From the NCBI GenBank assembly GCA_050014495.1, contig JBEKDF010000032.1:1-31824 (forward strand): DNA of 31,824 bases, given 5' to 3'. The DNA is from Candidatus Bathyarchaeia archaeon. GTDB lineage: Archaea; Thermoproteota; Bathyarchaeia; TCS64. Below are positions 1-9,720 of the stretch, piece after piece (within the stretch, counting starts at the first letter, position 1; every line of letters starts with the position of its first letter). Under the pieces are notes generated by a model. The model saw nothing but the letters and a program-made list of their open reading frames with translations. It ran no database searches and was not told the origin of the DNA. The position numbers were made by a program, and so were the translations under genes.

Positions 1-369
1 TCCATAGAAGTATGCGTATCCAGTCTAGGTCGAGTGAGTCAAGCACACGCTCAACGTTCAACCTACACTCAAGGAAGAGTTATGCGATGTATTATTTAAT
101 TTCTAAACAGCCTTGCGCGCGCGCAAGCTATAGTTTAATGCGAAGAGATAAATAACCAATTAGAGAGAGCACTCAAATTATGTGGATTTGAGGCGCGCAC
201 ACAGAGGGAAACATTACATACTATGGGGAGGGTGCGTGGAGATGGCATTTCCCTCCATATTCAACAAGTCTGGCGTGACATAATCTTATCCTCACTTTCA
301 TCTAATAGTCAATCGTGATTTGTTGATCCGTTGATTATCAGATATGAGTGCCTGCGTATGCAACTTACA

Positions 370-561
370 CTATTTCCTTCTCTTCCTATAATTAGCTAGG
401 ACAATGATTGTTACGAGCAATCCCGCTACGATGAAGCAGGTTGGGAACCCAGGTACACCGCCTCCACTTGACGTCTGCGATGTTCCTCCACCACTGCTTG
501 TCTTTGTTGGCAGAGAGAGTGTACTAGGCGGTGAGGGGAGAGTTCCTATGATCTTGAAGTC
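370..561 (-). pseudogene. C-terminal remnant of a surface protein with PGF-type sorting signal
   Basis: Manual translation DFKIIGTLPSPPSTLSLPTKTSSGGGTSQTSSGGGVPGFPTCFIVAGLLVTIIVLANYRKRRK*: S/T/G linker, VPGF, TM helix, basic tail. No start codon; begins at the (CG)n tract 561-569. Confidence 0.75.
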
Positions 562-620
562 GCGCGCGCCTCATGCGCAAAGTCTTAAGTCCATTTCCCT
601 TACTTTAACAGCGAATCTAC

Positions 621-2192
621 ATGGATCTTAAAGGGTGCTACATGATGGCCGCTGGCAAGAAAGCCACGGCCGACGGCTCGGTAATGGTTGCCAGGAGCTG
701 TGACTCCATTGGGGGCGACGACGTCGTTCAGGTCTTGGCAGTCCCAAGGAGAAGCCACAGACCCGACGAGTTGATAACAATCCCTGAGGCTGGAGGAACA
801 AGGATAAGTCAAGTAGAGGAGACCTGCGCATACATTGGCGTGATGATGGTCGCTGAGAACGTCGATATCCATGAGGCTGAGGGAGGAGTAAACGAGCATC
901 AGGTAATGGCTGGAGCTTCAACGGGTGGTTGGCTTAATCCTAGGGCTCAGGAATTATGCCCGAAGATGCTGACGAGCGTTGGAGACTACAGGATGACCCT
1001 CGTCCTAGAGCGGTGCAGGACTGCGAGGGAGGCCGTGGATCTGATTGGGGAACTAACAGATAGGTATGGTGCGAGGACCGACAACTATATAGTTGCGGAC
1101 CCGAAGGAGGCTTGGTTCTACGAGGAATACCAGGGAAACCTCTGGGTCGCGGCGAGGGTTCCAGACGAATGTTTCGTTGTACAGGCTAACTCGGTGCGAA
1201 TCGACTTTGTCAGCGATGACCCCGATGTTTACAGGTGTTCAAGTAACCTTGTGAGCTTCGCTAAAGAGAAGGGGTTATACGACCCAGATAGGGATGGGGT
1301 CTTCAACCCTGCGAAGATTTATGGCGCCCAGACGGGGAAAAAAAGGCACAACATCTCGGCCCCAGATTACGACCGGAGGCGAATCTGGAGGGGCATCAGC
1401 CTACTGGCACCCTCGGCTAAACCGGAACCTGAGGAGCCGAGTTGGATGTATCCCCTCTTCATAAAGCCAGATGAGAAGCTCACCCCCAGAGACTTCTTGG
1501 CGCTTTTCGAGGACCACTATCAGGATACGAGGTATGATCCATATGGCGTAAAGACTAGTCAGTACAAGCCCACGTATAGCCCCATGATTGCACAGGGGGA
1601 GGGGCACGAGGTAAAGGAGTCGTTATTCCACATAAACGATCAGAGGGAGTACCAGTTAGCACCCAACTGGGGAACTGAGCGGCTGATCGGGACCCCCCGG
1701 AGCGTAACAAACTGGTGCGCTCAGCTCAGAGACTGGATGCCCAACCCCATCGGGGGTCTCATCTGGTTAGGCATAAGCGAGGGTGCGACGACTGGGAGGA
1801 TACCCTTCTATTGCGGCGTCAAAGATACGCCGAAAGCCTTCGCCACCGGGATGAGGGCCTTTGTGGAGAGTAAAGACCCGACTATGATGAACCCATATGA
1901 CCCAGCGTCGGCATACTGGAGCTTCAGGATAGTAACCAACCTTGTGAACCTGTTTTACACAGCTACGAAGGACGAGGTGATACCCATATGGAGAAGCTGG
2001 GAGGCAGATAATTATCATCTTCAACCCGCGGTTGAGAAGGCGGCGTGTATGCTATACCAAAACGACCCAGAGTTGGCACGAAAATTCCTGACGACGTACA
2101 GCTGTGCTAAAGCAAACGAAGCGCTGGTGATAGCCAAGGAGCTGACAGCAAGGCTATACACCATCATCAGCCACTACAACTCTCCCCTCTAG
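621..2192 (+). CDS. Peptidase family C69 (dipeptidase/secernin-like, Ntn-hydrolase)
   Basis: N-terminal GC nucleophile followed by GKKATADGS..ARS; GVNEHQV; LVLERCRTAREAV; ADPKEAW; WVAARVPD motifs. Confidence 0.9.
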   Translation: MDLKGCYMMAAGKKATADGSVMVARSCDSIGGDDVVQVLAVPRRSHRPDELITIPEAGGTRISQVEETCAYIGVMMVAENVDIHEAEGGVNEHQVMAGASTGGWLNPRAQELCPKMLTSVGDYRMTLVLERCRTAREAVDLIGELTDRYGARTDNYIVADPKEAWFYEEYQGNLWVAARVPDECFVVQANSVRIDFVSDDPDVYRCSSNLVSFAKEKGLYDPDRDGVFNPAKIYGAQTGKKRHNISAPDYDRRRIWRGISLLAPSAKPEPEEPSWMYPLFIKPDEKLTPRDFLALFEDHYQDTRYDPYGVKTSQYKPTYSPMIAQGEGHEVKESLFHINDQREYQLAPNWGTERLIGTPRSVTNWCAQLRDWMPNPIGGLIWLGISEGATTGRIPFYCGVKDTPKAFATGMRAFVESKDPTMMNPYDPASAYWSFRIVTNLVNLFYTATKDEVIPIWRSWEADNYHLQPAVEKAACMLYQNDPELARKFLTTYSCAKANEALVIAKELTARLYTIISHYNSPL

Positions 2193-2551
2193 ACGATAAC
2201 GTATTCTCCGCCGATAGGGTAGGTCCCGACTGAGGCCCTCTTGTTGGCGACCCTCTCACGCGCGTACAGCTAAGACCAATCCCGATGAACCTCTGAGGGC
2301 ACCTCCTGAAGGTAGAATCTTCTAATCTGGTCTGGCGTAAGCACAGGGAAGCCCTAGGAATCATGAATAAAAACGAAACCGCATCTACCGAGAGGACGGA
2401 TGGGAGAATGAAACTGCGAATCACACACACATTCCCGTATACTATAATTAATAACTAGGGTGCGCGCGCGTTCGTCGATTGGCTCTTGGTCTGATGCCTA
2501 TCGCTACTTATGGATAGGCGAAAAAGGAATAGCTCCACATTATTTCTAGGA

Positions 2552-2712
2552 GCCATAGCCTTATCCTCACTTCCACCTGAGTGTTACCAGTGATTCTATG
2601 GTTGACGCACAGACGATTGGAGTATGCGTATAACATGATTGGTTGATGTCGTAGCGTTCTACTGCAGGATGGTTTTAGCGCTAGAGATGCGCGCATAGGA
2701 TAAGGCTATGGC
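2552..2712. repeat. 161-bp segment bounded by a perfect 16-bp inverted repeat
   Basis: GCCATAGCCTTATCCT at 2552-2567 and its reverse complement AGGATAAGGCTATGGC at 2697-2712. Confidence 0.85.
2555..2580 (+). repeat. 26-bp dispersed repeat ATAGCCTTATCCTCACTTCCACCTGA, copy 1
   Basis: Identical to 19880-19905. Related copies at 279-300 and 18286-18309. Confidence 0.9.
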
Positions 2713-4160
2713 ATAGTCGCATATCTACAAAGAATGCCTGCGGCGCTCTTCTCACACTCACGAAGACCCTTAACCACACCATTCCCCTCCATTACAAAAT
2801 ACTCGTTAGGAGCATGGGCTCGCGTTCCGTGGCCCAGCATCCCATAACCGAATCCGCCGGGGAGGTTCAAAGGCGTATTAGTGAAGAGGCTGAAGGGGGC
2901 ATATCCAACGTTTCGAACATCTATATGTGGTTTGAGCCCGAAGCGCTCATATGTCTCGCGGATACTGCTCCAGAGGCTGCTGTTGATGCTGGTTCTCGCC
3001 CACTCGCCACCCGTGATGTCCCGGATCCGGATGTCAGAGTAGCCATGCTTGTCCAGGTGAGCTCGGACCTTCGGGAGGATCTCACTTGACCGCTGATTAG
3101 GCACCAGTCGGACATCCATCTTCACAGTCACCTTATGTGGGAGAAGCGTCTTGCTGCCCTCACCGGTATACCCGCCATAGATGCCGTCGATGTTGATTCC
3201 GCTGGGCTCGCAGAAGTACTTAGTCAAGAGCTCACGCGACTGGGTCTTCTCGTCTAAGATGAAACGATCAACACTGTTCGATGCCTTCTGAGGCCCCCAG
3301 TCATACTCCTCTGCAAGCTTCGCGATTATCTCCCTCTCCTCCTCGTTCGGAGGCTCAACGTTATCATACCAGCCATCGATGAGGCACCTGTTTCCATCCT
3401 CGGTCGTCATGGTCTCAAGGGCGTGAATCATCCGCCAGACCGGGCTGTCTACGATGACCTTCATGCTGCCGTGGATGTCAAACTCTTTTGGTCCGCGTCC
3501 CCAGCTTGCCCCGCTGCACTCGAGCTCCCAGTATCTTATGCCCTTTGTTCCCGGAGTGATTGTGATGTTTCCGTCGAGGGACTGGTTTGCGGATGGGAAG
3601 AACATGGCGTCGGCTTCGTTGAGCTCTTTTTTGTGTTCACTAAGAAATAGTGGGAGGTGTCTGCTGGCCTGCTCCTCCTCCCCCTCCGCGACGAGTAGAA
3701 GGTTGACTGGTAGTTCTCCGTTTGTTTCTCTGATGCTCTCGCAGGCGTTTAGGAACGCCATTAATGGTCCCTTTGTGTTGATTGTGCCCCGGGCAACCAT
3801 AGCAGTTTTGAACGGTGGATAGTCCCCCACCTTGTAGTCGTGGACGAGTGCGGCGTCGAATGGTTTTACCGTCCAGCCCGGCTCGTCAGCTGGCATGCAG
3901 TCGTACATCATGTAGATTAGCAGCGTTCGTTTGGCTCCTGCGTCGTAGTAGCCATATACTACAGGCCACCCTGGAGTTTGGGCGATCTCTGTCTTCTTGC
4001 AGCCAAGGTGCTCAAAGTAGCTGAGGAGGAGCGTGGCGCCTTTCTCCATACCTATGCCTGTGTTGCTGATGGTTGGCTGCCTAATGAATTCCCGGATTCT
4101 CTCGACGTGGTGCTCGTAGCTTGCATCTATGTGGTCATACACTTTTTCGAGGTTCATCAC
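2706..4160 (-). CDS. M20/M25/M40 family metallopeptidase (ArgE/DapE/CNDP-like)
   Basis: YMMYD, ARGTINTKG, EGEEE, DIHGS, KMDVRLVP and AHAPNEY motifs. Confidence 0.9.
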   Translation of the reverse strand: MMNLEKVYDHIDASYEHHVERIREFIRQPTISNTGIGMEKGATLLLSYFEHLGCKKTEIAQTPGWPVVYGYYDAGAKRTLLIYMMYDCMPADEPGWTVKPFDAALVHDYKVGDYPPFKTAMVARGTINTKGPLMAFLNACESIRETNGELPVNLLLVAEGEEEQASRHLPLFLSEHKKELNEADAMFFPSANQSLDGNITITPGTKGIRYWELECSGASWGRGPKEFDIHGSMKVIVDSPVWRMIHALETMTTEDGNRCLIDGWYDNVEPPNEEEREIIAKLAEEYDWGPQKASNSVDRFILDEKTQSRELLTKYFCEPSGINIDGIYGGYTGEGSKTLLPHKVTVKMDVRLVPNQRSSEILPKVRAHLDKHGYSDIRIRDITGGEWARTSINSSLWSSIRETYERFGLKPHIDVRNVGYAPFSLFTNTPLNLPGGFGYGMLGHGTRAHAPNEYFVMEGNGVVKGLRECEKSAAGILCRYATMP

Positions 4161-4224
4161 TATCTACAGTAAATACGATTTACTTAGTGCTTAACTTTTG
4201 GGCGCGCTCATCTTTAAGGGCAAA

Positions 4225-4722
4225 TCACCATACATTTCTCTTATTGAGATAGGGTACGAGGCCTCCCGCTTCGAGCACATCCATCATAAAAGGGGGCAGT
4301 GGTGTAAACAGCAACTTTGTACCCTTGCTCATATTAGTAACTGTCCCAGCTCCAAGATCAAGTTCTAAATCGTCTCCCAGCTCGACGGACTTTGTTATTC
4401 TGGGGCATTCAAGGGCAGGTAAGCCGATGTTGACCGCGTTCCTGTAGAAGATTCTGGCGCAGGATTCAGCTACTACGCAACCGACCCCCGCATACTTTAA
4501 CGCGAGCGGCGCATGCTCCCTACTGCTGCCGCATCCAAAGTTTCTACCCCCGACCACGACGTCGCCTTTCTTCACGTTTAGGACGAAGGCGAGGTCAATC
4601 CCCTCCATAGCGTGTCTCCCCATCTCCTCGTGGTCGGTTAGTTCCATGTATCGACCTGGAATTATGTAGTCCGTGTTGACGTTGTCTCCATACTTCCAGA
4701 CTCTTCCAGATATCTTCATCAT
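4225..4722 (-). CDS. leuD: 3-isopropylmalate dehydratase small subunit (archaeal type)
   Basis: GDNVNTDYIIPGRY, NFGCGSSREHA, ARIFYRNAVNIGLP; coupled to leuC. Confidence 0.93.
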   Translation of the reverse strand: MMKISGRVWKYGDNVNTDYIIPGRYMELTDHEEMGRHAMEGIDLAFVLNVKKGDVVVGGRNFGCGSSREHAPLALKYAGVGCVVAESCARIFYRNAVNIGLPALECPRITKSVELGDDLELDLGAGTVTNMSKGTKLLFTPLPPFMMDVLEAGGLVPYLNKRNVW

Positions 4723-5981
4723 TAGACCTTCCTGGGATCTGTTATATGTCCAGTTAGCGCGGAAGCGGCAGCTACAAAGGGTGAACTTAGGTAAACCTCG
4801 GACTCGGGGCTACCCTGCCGACCCTTAAAGTTCCTGTTGCTTGTAGCGAGCCCTACCTCACCGGGTGCTAGTAGACCGATACTGCCTCCGAAACATGCCG
4901 CACAGCTAGGGTTACTTACAACAGCTCCCGCCTCCATGAGTTCTCTCAGGACGCCTCTTTTCTCAGCCTCTAGGTAGACTTGCTTGCTTGCCGGCACAAC
5001 TAGCATTCTCACATCTGGAGCGATCTTCCTGCCTTTTAGAATTCTGAGTGCCATCTCAAGATCCTCAAGACGGCCATTCGTACAGCTACCCAGAAACACC
5101 TGGTCAACCTTGATATGTTCGACCTCCTGGATAGACTTCACGTTGTCGACGTTATGGGGGCAGGCGACCTGAGGCTCAAGCCCAGATATTGGGACATCTA
5201 AAGTGTACTTGTAAATCGCGTCCTCATCAGCTGTGATCGGCGCTGTATTTTCGTCCGTATCCTCCCTCAGCCACTCGTAGGTTTTCTCGTCGGGCTCACA
5301 TATCCCTGCCTTGGCCCCGACCTCGATAGCCATGTTGCAGAGAGTCATTCGACTGCTTACACTCATATCAGTAACGGCTTTTCCTCTGAACTCGAGTGCA
5401 GCATAGGTTGCCCCATCGACTCCGAGAAGTTTAGCGACGCGAAGGATAACATCCTTAGAGGTGATGAAGTCGGGCAACGTGCCAGTGATGTCGACCCTTA
5501 TCGTCTCAGGTACCTTGAACCAGAGCTTCCCGAATGCGAGGGCCGCCCCCGCGTCTGTGCTGCCGACGCCTGTGGCAAATGCTCCGAAGGCGCCGTAGGT
5601 ACAGGTGTGACTATCCGCGCCCACAAAAAGATCACCGGGTTTAACCATGCCGTACTCAGGGACTAGTTGGTGACAGACTCCCTCACCAACATCGAAGTGG
5701 TGAGAGATGCCTTGCTCGCGGCTGAATGCCCGTAGCTCCCTATGAACTTTAGCGGACTGAATTGTGCAAGCCGGCGAAACGTGATCGAGCACAACGATTA
5801 CCCTGCCTGAGTTCCAAACCTGCTTCTTACCCATATCTTTCAGGGCCCTCACGGCGAGGACGCCGGTTGCATCATTGATCATGCAGGCGTCGACTCTTGC
5901 TTTGACAACCTCTCCAGCCTTAACTGAGTCGACTCCGCTGTGTGCGGCGAGTATCTTCTCGCTGATGGTATGGCCAGTCAT
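4722..5981 (-). CDS. leuC: 3-isopropylmalate dehydratase / homoaconitase-family large subunit
   Basis: GADSHTCTYGAFG, FLGSCTNGRLEDL, CAACFG, TSNRNFKGRQG aconitase-family motifs. Confidence 0.93.
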   Translation of the reverse strand: MTGHTISEKILAAHSGVDSVKAGEVVKARVDACMINDATGVLAVRALKDMGKKQVWNSGRVIVVLDHVSPACTIQSAKVHRELRAFSREQGISHHFDVGEGVCHQLVPEYGMVKPGDLFVGADSHTCTYGAFGAFATGVGSTDAGAALAFGKLWFKVPETIRVDITGTLPDFITSKDVILRVAKLLGVDGATYAALEFRGKAVTDMSVSSRMTLCNMAIEVGAKAGICEPDEKTYEWLREDTDENTAPITADEDAIYKYTLDVPISGLEPQVACPHNVDNVKSIQEVEHIKVDQVFLGSCTNGRLEDLEMALRILKGRKIAPDVRMLVVPASKQVYLEAEKRGVLRELMEAGAVVSNPSCAACFGGSIGLLAPGEVGLATSNRNFKGRQGSPESEVYLSSPFVAAASALTGHITDPRKV

Positions 5982-7486
5982 TTCTTTCCCCTCTTCGTCA
6001 TGCCACTGAATACATTCACGCCCTTTAGATAGGCATCAACACTCGCTAGAACTATGTCCTCATTTGTGCTGCGGCTTGAAACCACGTATTCGCCTTGTCG
6101 AAGATTGACCTCAACGTTCACCCTGGCGTCGGTTCCGCCTGTGATTGCCTCAACGTTGTATACGTCTAGGTGGACGCTCTGGTCATGGATCGCCTTGTTG
6201 AGGGCTTTGATGCATGCGTCGACGGGGCCGTCCCCTGTGGCGGCTTCAAGAACAGTCGAGCCGTTCCGTCTAAGCTTCACACTAGCTGTAGGAGTGATCT
6301 TGTTCCCCGTTGTTACTATGAACTCCTCGAGGACTAGTGGGGCCTCAACGCGATTCCCTGTTACTTCCTCGGCTATTGCGTAGAGTTCTGTGTCGCTGAT
6401 GTGTTGGCCGCTGTCTCCTAGATCCTTGACCTTCGCGAAGATGGCGTCAAATTGTTCGGTGGTGGGTTCAAAGCCCATCTCTTTCAGGCTCTTGGTGAGT
6501 CCTGCGCTTCCTGTATGTTTGCCAGTGACTATTCGTCTAGATGCGCCGACCAGGGCTGGGTCTATGGACTCGTAGGTGTGAGGGTCTCTCAGTATCGCAT
6601 GTGTGTGGATCCCGGACTCGTGGGCGAAGGCGTTTGCACCGACTATCGCCTTGTTAACCTGAACCACTATACCCGTAGTCCTGCTGACGACTTGACTCAC
6701 TTGCTGCAGCTGTTCAAGCCGTACACTTGTCTCCACCTCGTAGAGAAGCTTGAGGGCGACAACCATTTCCTCGAGACTCGCGTTTCCAGCGCGCTCACCT
6801 AGTCCGTTGACTGTTCCGTGGAAGTGAGTTGCACCGCCCTCTACCGCCGCTAAGCTATTTGCTACAGCCAAGCCAAAATCATCGTGGCAGTGTACTCCTA
6901 GAGTCAATTTTGGGAAGACGCTGTTGATGTGTTTGTAAAAGTGGTAGCTTTTCTCAGGAGTTAGTGCGCCAACTGTATCGCAGGGTGTGACCCTGTCGAC
7001 GCCTGAGCTGATAGCTCTTCGAATTATTTCCTCTATGTAGGGAAGCTCTGTTCAACTTCCGTCTTCGAGGCAGATCTCTACTACGAGTCCGTGACTTTTC
7101 GCGTAGCTGACAACGTCTGAGGTAATGTCCAGGACCTTGTCCCGTGTTTTTCCCAGCTTTTTCTTGATGTGTAGGTCGCTTGTAGGGATGATGATGTTAA
7201 CAGAGTCTACATTGGCATCTATAGCCGCGTCTATGTCTTTTTTGACGCTCCTAGTCGCGCTACAGATCTCGGCGTCGAGTTTGGCGTTGGCTATTAGTTT
7301 AACGGCTTCCTTCTCCCCCGCTGAGACCGCCGCGAATCCCGCTTCGATGACGTTGACTCCGAGGGCATCTATGGCTCTAGCTATTGTGAGTTTCTTTTCC
7401 TTTGTCAGGGAAACGCCGGGTGTCTGCTCTCCATCACGGAGTGTAGTGTCTAAAATTGTTACTGACTTAGGTTTTTCACCAAATAA
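5978..7486 (-). pseudogene. leuA: 2-isopropylmalate/citramalate synthase (LeuA/CimA), interrupted by an in-frame TGA at 7052-7054
   Basis: One frame reads [23 protein letters not shown]...[13 protein letters not shown]...HCHDDFGLAVAN...NGLGERAGNA...AHESGIH...GDGPVDA. No ATG/GTG/TTG in the N-terminal part of that frame; TTA at 7484-7486 sits where the start is expected. Confidence 0.85.
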
Positions 7487-7606
7487 AACGATACCCCATT
7501 ATTTCACGCTCACGTAGCTATTCGCAGTCTCTCAGTGACATTTAAGCCTATGCGTTATGCAGGCGCTAGATAGATTCAACTGTTTCGAGCGCGCTGAGAT
7601 CGAACC

Positions 7607-8026
7607 CTAGGTACCCTGCATATGACCCATGATCAGGGCTTCAAGCCCTTGACGCCCAACCGCCCCAAGTACTTGGTCGACCTGCCTCCCACCTTTGAAA
7701 AGTATGAAGTTTGGGATACTCATCACCCTGAACCTCGCAGCCGTCACCCTATTCTGGTCAGTGTTTATCTTCGCAAAGTAGGTTCGTCCCGAGTAGTCTC
7801 GTGCTAGTGCCTCGACGATGGGTGCCATCATCTTGCATGGCATGCACCAGTCGGCCCAGAAGTCGACGAGCAGTGGAAGATTTGCTCCTGAAACGACCTC
7901 ATCAAAATTCGCGTCTGTTAGAATGTTCACGACTCCTTCTTGTAGGGTGCTAGGCGTCGACTTCTTGATCATCATCTTCTCCAGCATCCGGTGCTTGATC
8001 TCCTCAAGCTCCTTGTCCTCAGACAT
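7607..8026 (-). CDS. trxA: Thioredoxin
   Basis: VDFWADWCMPCKMMAP, SIPNF; archaeal-style N-terminal extension (DKELEEIK). Confidence 0.92.
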   Translation of the reverse strand: MSEDKELEEIKHRMLEKMMIKKSTPSTLQEGVVNILTDANFDEVVSGANLPLLVDFWADWCMPCKMMAPIVEALARDYSGRTYFAKINTDQNRVTAARFRVMSIPNFILFKGGRQVDQVLGAVGRQGLEALIMGHMQGT

Positions 8027-8096
8027 ACGGGTATGACTCGCGGGTGCTTGTTAAAAAGTGGTTACTTCTTGAGGAAGTTGGGTTTGGTCGCGCGCG

Positions 8097-8355
8097 GGGC
8101 CTTCCTCGGTTTATGCGAGATGCCTTAAATCATGCCATTCATTCCTGGGAACACATACCACAATCTGAGAGGCTTTCGGTTCACGTATTTCTTGAGGAGA
8201 TTGAGAACAGCCCCCTTCTGCGGAAGCAGTTTATGGATATGATAATCAAGGAGCTTTACCAAGAATCCGAATTGAAGGCGTGTTTAACAGAGGTCATCAA
8301 CAACCGTATTTTATGTATCGATGAAGAGCGCACGCAACCAAGTAAGGTACCCTAA
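8097..8355 (+). other. Possible gene fragment between (CG)n tracts
   Basis: Open frame with protein-like helical composition between tracts at 8089 and 8328/8369; no family recognised. Confidence 0.3.
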
Positions 8356-8494
8356 TTCGGGGAGATGCCGCGCGAGCAGAGAGAACGCTGAGAGTTTCAC
8401 AAGCCAGGGTCCGTGAAAGCATTGCGGGAGAAATTGTGCATTTAACAATAATTTTTAATTATATGGTATTTACTGTAATTTATTTGATTATGTT

Positions 8495-9682
8495 TTGTCC
8501 GACGATAAAACCTCGCCTAAGGCGAGTGATACACTTCTCATCCTACCCCTCGCAATATCGAGGGGAATAACCAACCTACCGACAGTGGTCGTCAGCATAC
8601 TCCTAATAGAGATAGCGGCTACCTACAACGTTACACCACCAATAGCCAGCCAGCTCAACACGGCATCATCACTGATGGGGATAATATTCGCACTGATCAT
8701 GGGGATCCTCAGCGTGAGATACGACCACAGAACTATGTTACTCCTCGGCCTCATCATCTACGTTCTCTCAGCTGCGTCAGGATTCGTTTCTGGCTCCCTA
8801 ATGATCCTCCTACTCCTATATGCGACAACAGGCGTCGCGTACGCCATAATCAACCCAATGATAAACTCCCTGATTGGTACCAACATCCCTGCGGAGCGTA
8901 GAACGAGCGTCATTGGCTACACCATGGGTTGCCTCGCCTTCATCTACGCAGTAGGTTCGCTGAGTGCAGCCTACCTCTCGAAGGTCGTGGACTGGCAGAT
9001 GGCCCTCCTACTAGTAGTGGCCCCCATCTCAATCGTAAACCTGGTCCTAGCCCTTCTCTTCATACCGCATACCAAGAGACAGGCTTCGGGGAATACCTCC
9101 CTGAATCTCTTATCGGGGTATAGGGAGAGTCTGAGGAACGTCTCGGTCCTAGCATGCCTCATTGGAACTGCGATAGGGATGGCGGTCTGGAACATCTATC
9201 TCCTCTACAGCTCTTCCTATATGAGACAGACCTTCGGCGTCTCCGCCTCATTCTGCTCCGAGGTCGTTATCTCCTTCGCCTTCATGTACATTGTCGGTTG
9301 CCTATTGACTGGTCGCCTGGCGAGGAGACTCGGCAGGAAGACCTTGACGGTCTACTCGATATCCTTAGTGAGCTTTCTCAGCCTCTTCGCGATGGTTTCG
9401 AGTAGTGTCTATATGTACATAGAGATTGGAACCGTTGTCAGTGTTTTCGCGGGCATGTTAGTCACCATACAGGCCAGTCTTACCCTTGACCAGGTCCCAC
9501 AATTCCGAGGCACCGTAATGTCTCTCAGCTCAGCCTCGGTGAGCCTAGGCAGTATGATGGCCGCAGTAGCTGGAGGAATAATCATCTCATTTTTTGGATA
9601 CGGCATCTATGCTATCACTATGGGCGTAATTGGTTTCATAGGTGCAGCCACCTTCCATTTTTTCGCGAAGGAACCACATTAA
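8495..9682 (+). CDS. MFS transporter
   Basis: About 12 hydrophobic segments; motif-A-like GRLARRLGRK; 395 aa. Confidence 0.88.
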   Translation: MSDDKTSPKASDTLLILPLAISRGITNLPTVVVSILLIEIAATYNVTPPIASQLNTASSLMGIIFALIMGILSVRYDHRTMLLLGLIIYVLSAASGFVSGSLMILLLLYATTGVAYAIINPMINSLIGTNIPAERRTSVIGYTMGCLAFIYAVGSLSAAYLSKVVDWQMALLLVVAPISIVNLVLALLFIPHTKRQASGNTSLNLLSGYRESLRNVSVLACLIGTAIGMAVWNIYLLYSSSYMRQTFGVSASFCSEVVISFAFMYIVGCLLTGRLARRLGRKTLTVYSISLVSFLSLFAMVSSSVYMYIEIGTVVSVFAGMLVTIQASLTLDQVPQFRGTVMSLSSASVSLGSMMAAVAGGIIISFFGYGIYAITMGVIGFIGAATFHFFAKEPH

Positions 9683-9720
9683 TCCTACTATGCCCGTGCG
9701 CGCTCTTCGCTAGCCACTAC

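Noticed and set aside
404..631. Plus-strand 75-aa ORF
   Set aside because: Antisense shadow of the minus-strand surface-protein tail.
7052..7054. Selenocysteine recoding of the TGA in leuA/cimA
   Set aside because: The position is a conserved Arg, not Cys. Other genes in the window use TGA as a stop, and I see no SECIS evidence.
7125..7517. Plus-strand 130-aa ORF
   Set aside because: Antisense to the N-terminal part of leuA/cimA.
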